Below, in pieces: positions 60,831 through 64,000 of a DNA stretch of 64,000 bases (position 1 is its first letter; every line of letters begins with the position of its first letter). Location of the stretch: the NCBI GenBank assembly GCA_020137815.1, contig CM035355.1, forward strand, positions 1,178,001 through 1,242,000, given 5' to 3'. The position numbers and the translations under genes are program-made. Under the pieces are notes generated by a model. That model did not search any database and was not told where the DNA came from. It saw only the letters and a program-made list of their open reading frames with translations. This stretch comes from Hormiphora californensis (taxonomy: Eukaryota; Animalia; Ctenophora).

Positions 60831-62714
60831 GATAACGAAGTGGACAACCATTATAAGTACTTGGAACATTCAATGGGTAAGTTCTGGCTGAGACATGTGG
60901 TAAGAAAGAAATTGGCATTGCATTATGACGTACCAGAGAGGAGGGCTCCACTCTCGTAATCTCGCTTTATCTCCGCTAACCGCTCATCATTAGGCTCAAA
61001 GAAGCGAAGGTAATGGTAGGGAACGTCAACAGATGTATCTCCCCCTAACTTTCTGTGCTCCTCTATTGAACCCTTACCACCTGGAAATATAGTCGACATT
61101 TAAATCTTATTATACATTTTGAGAGACCGGAGCGAGAGCAGAATTGACTTGCTTGAGTCCACAACTAGTAAATGTTAGATCCCTGGAGGAACACTGTTCC
61201 TCCGCCGAGACTCACCGGAGAAAGCATGCTTGTTAATCTTTGTCTTGATTTTCTTTGGAGTGTCACTCATCTCCACATTACTGTTACTATCACTACTACT
61301 CATCTTCGTCTGAGCCCCCTGTAGAGCCGGCAGGAAGGTAGAATGCAGAAGGACGGGTTTGTTTTGTTTCAATCGGGGTGCCACATCTCGCGTTATCCGG
61401 AAATATGGGTCTTGGTCAATAGCACAGGGGATCAGACAGTGGACCTTCTTATTCCCGAATATGTGGGGAAATGAGTTACTGAAACTGGGTGCTGCTTGGA
61501 TGGCGGGGAAGGATATTTTACCGATGTAGGAATCCCCCGAGAAACCGAAACATTTCTGGGCCTGAGAGGAGAGGGAATGACATGGGTTAATTTTTTGTTA
61601 TGTAGCTTGAAGGTACATCTATTTTGGATAAGATGGTTAATATTCCAACATGTTTTAGTTTGTTTTACCTGATTGTAGTTGATGCATTTCTGTATCCTAT
61701 TCATGTTCCAATAGAACTCTTTGCACGAGGGTATGTACTCTAGATCACAGAATATAAAGGTCTTCTCAGGATTGAAACCAAATGCTATAATGTCCTGGGA
61801 ACGGGTGGGTACACTAATTAGAGATAATTTTGAGGAAAAACAGGGATAATAATAATAATAATAATCAATACATTTAATATACCGCTTAATAGTGTTAAAA
61901 ATAAATGGTTCACTACCGGGGTTAACGGATAAACGTTATACCATTTACCACTTTCTAAAGCGGTAGTTGCCTACCCAAAAGAAGAATGTTATAGAACAGA
62001 CTCCCCTCAGATAGGAACTATATGCCAGTAGATAAGTGTGTGCATTGGCCATTGAGTTTTTAAAAATATTTAATAAGAGAATAATTAATTAATTAATTTG
62101 ATATGAGTAAATACTGTTAATTAATAGTTTAATCAAGATAAAATCAGAGTTATATTGTACAGGTGATCAGATTAATTTAAAATAAGTCAGATAAGATTTA
62201 CAGTTGGTATAAAAATAAATTATATAATTATATATATATAAAAAAACAGCCCGTAAAAAACTAGAAAAGGTAAAAAAAAATTACGTCAGGATAAAGTAAA
62301 TTACTGAAGATGCTAACAGATGGGTGAGTGAAGTGAACGATGGAGATTAATATATACTGTGCTATCTAATTATAGACTTTATCGAAAAGGTGGGTCTTTA
62401 ATCGCTTCTTAAACACTTCAGTAGAATCTGACTAACCTACTCGGGATATCTCTAGGAGGCTATTCCATAGTTTTAGGAGCAACCAATGCTAATCATACTA
62501 TAATAATTATAACGTTTTGATTATCTCGTAAGCACTGTAATGGCGAAACAAGCTATGTGTAATTGATTAACTGAAAACATCTGGAGTAGGTTTTACCTTG
62601 ATATTTTCATGGGCCAGTTTGTTAGCGTCCTCTAAAGAGAGATCTTTCCATAGTGCTTTCTCATCATCAGTCATCTGTATCACTAGCGGCACATCAAACA
62701 CCTCTTGCAGCCAT
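60640..62714 (-). CDS. WARS1: Cytoplasmic tryptophanyl-tRNA synthetase, central and 3' exons
   Basis: Exons 62714-62597 ([19 protein letters not shown]), 61795-61669 ([15 protein letters not shown]), 61561-61216 ([13 protein letters not shown]...[13 protein letters not shown]...KINKHAFS) and about 61081-60934 (IEEHRKLGG...DYESGALLS). The last exon is corrupted near 60640-60757. The HIGH-motif exon is not seen in this window. Confidence 0.93.
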
Positions 62715-62976
62715 CTAGTGGGAGGGGGGGTTAGAAATCAGATGGTCTGTTCGCTGTTTCCCAGCCCAGTTACTGTTACAACAGAGCGAATCAGGAATTC
62801 CCCGGACATCACACTTTGAGAAATGCTGCAGCCAGACGGCACACCGGAGATGTGAATTTGACACTGCCAGGTGCATCACTGTGTTACCCTCTGTATCTTT
62901 ACTGAGATCCTCGAACCCCAAACTCAACCAGCCATCTGATAACCTCCTTGTGTCCTTTACTGGCGGCGTGGTGCAC
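62715..62976 (-). CDS. Ankyrin-repeat exon abutting a WARS1 acceptor
   Basis: After an AG acceptor: [19 protein letters not shown], a frameshift, then [27 protein letters not shown], i.e. two ankyrin repeats. Confidence 0.65.
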
Positions 62977-63682
62977 TGAGGAGAATTTAGGGGTTAATTT
63001 AGGATAATTTAGGATTTATTTAGGAGTTAATTTAATTAATGATTTAATCTTAGAGTACGTCTTATATTTAGGGTGCAGTGCTATTTAGGAGTTCCAATTT
63101 AGGCGTAGTCGTCCCTTCCGCGTGATTCCACACGTGAGTTAACATCTTTTCTCTGGAGTTGTATGGCGCGGCTTTAGCTCTTTATCTGACCCCTTTACAT
63201 TTTAGGAGTTATTAGTAGATAATTTAGCAAAAACCAAAAGGGGGGGGGCCCAAAAAAGGGAAGTAAAAAAAGGGGGACCTTGTGAGTTGTTGTTGTCAGC
63301 ATAGTAACTATGGTATTCACAGACTCCCTTGAGTTGAAACATTTCACTGGTGTGCTCTTGATATTCCCCGCTGAAACATGAAACAGTTTATATTATTAAG
63401 TAAAGTGGACTGCAGTAGGGCTGACTGTGGAAATATTCCGCGGGAGGGGTTGAAGTAGGAACTAGGGAGGGTGAAGAATTTCTACCGAAGTGTTCAAAGG
63501 AGATGGTTTAGTGTGAAACAGGTGTGAAGTGTGTGTGTGTGTGTGGGTTTACCAATAACTTAATTATCTACGTCACTGTGTAGATACATAGGGAGATACC
63601 ATACGTAGGAGATATTGTTATACGTACCGGGGACAGCATTTGTGTAACGAAGATAGATAGAGATACATATAGAGATAGAGAT

Positions 63683-63742
<60 letters not shown>

Positions 63743-64000
63743 GGGGGGGGGTAGGGTCAACTAGAGTTAATTGTACTGTTGCACTATATCAACTTCAAGA
63801 AGTCATTGATTTCTGAAGAAATTGTCTCTAAATTAGGCCTACAGACAAGAGACAGCGTGAAATGCCCTACAACTGCTGCTTTCACTACCAGTGCATGCAT
63901 TTAACCCCGCTCTAACTGTGTTTCTCCCTATCTCTCTCTCTTTCTCTCTTTCTCTCTTCTGTCTTCCTAATTTGGTAGACCGCATTACCAGCCAAGTGTG

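Overview
This is animal genomic DNA, not prokaryotic. It has short GT-AG introns, many (GA/CT)n microsatellites and many foldback transposons, and most ORFs in the supplied track are repeat noise. Compact introns, nested intronic genes and splice acceptors just upstream of start codons suggest a ctenophore-like, spliced-leader-using invertebrate (inference only). The + strand carries a head-to-tail run: a tail-anchored protein with BH3-like motifs, GLDC, a BTB gene with a truncated duplicate, ATP5F1E, AHSA1 and BRIX1. An antisense cytochrome P450 is nested in GLDC intron 2 and a same-strand SLC17-like transporter in BRIX1 intron 1. The - strand carries WARS1 (partial), CMTR1, MTRR and TMEM135, converging on an unidentified + strand gene. 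Top observations: (1) a 1.17-kb insertion of tandem 416-bp self-complementary units with a 5' inversion and 13-bp TSD, i.e. retrozyme/Penelope-like architecture but with no recognisable hammerhead core; (2) operon-like gene runs with unpaired acceptors before the ATGs; (3) a candidate BH3-only/mitophagy-receptor-like protein; (4) a P450 lacking the I-helix catalytic Thr; (5) filled and empty sites that bear on how the TTAA foldback elements insert. About 56.3-60.8 kb and several GA-repeat flanks look like low-quality consensus, so single frameshifts should not be over-read.
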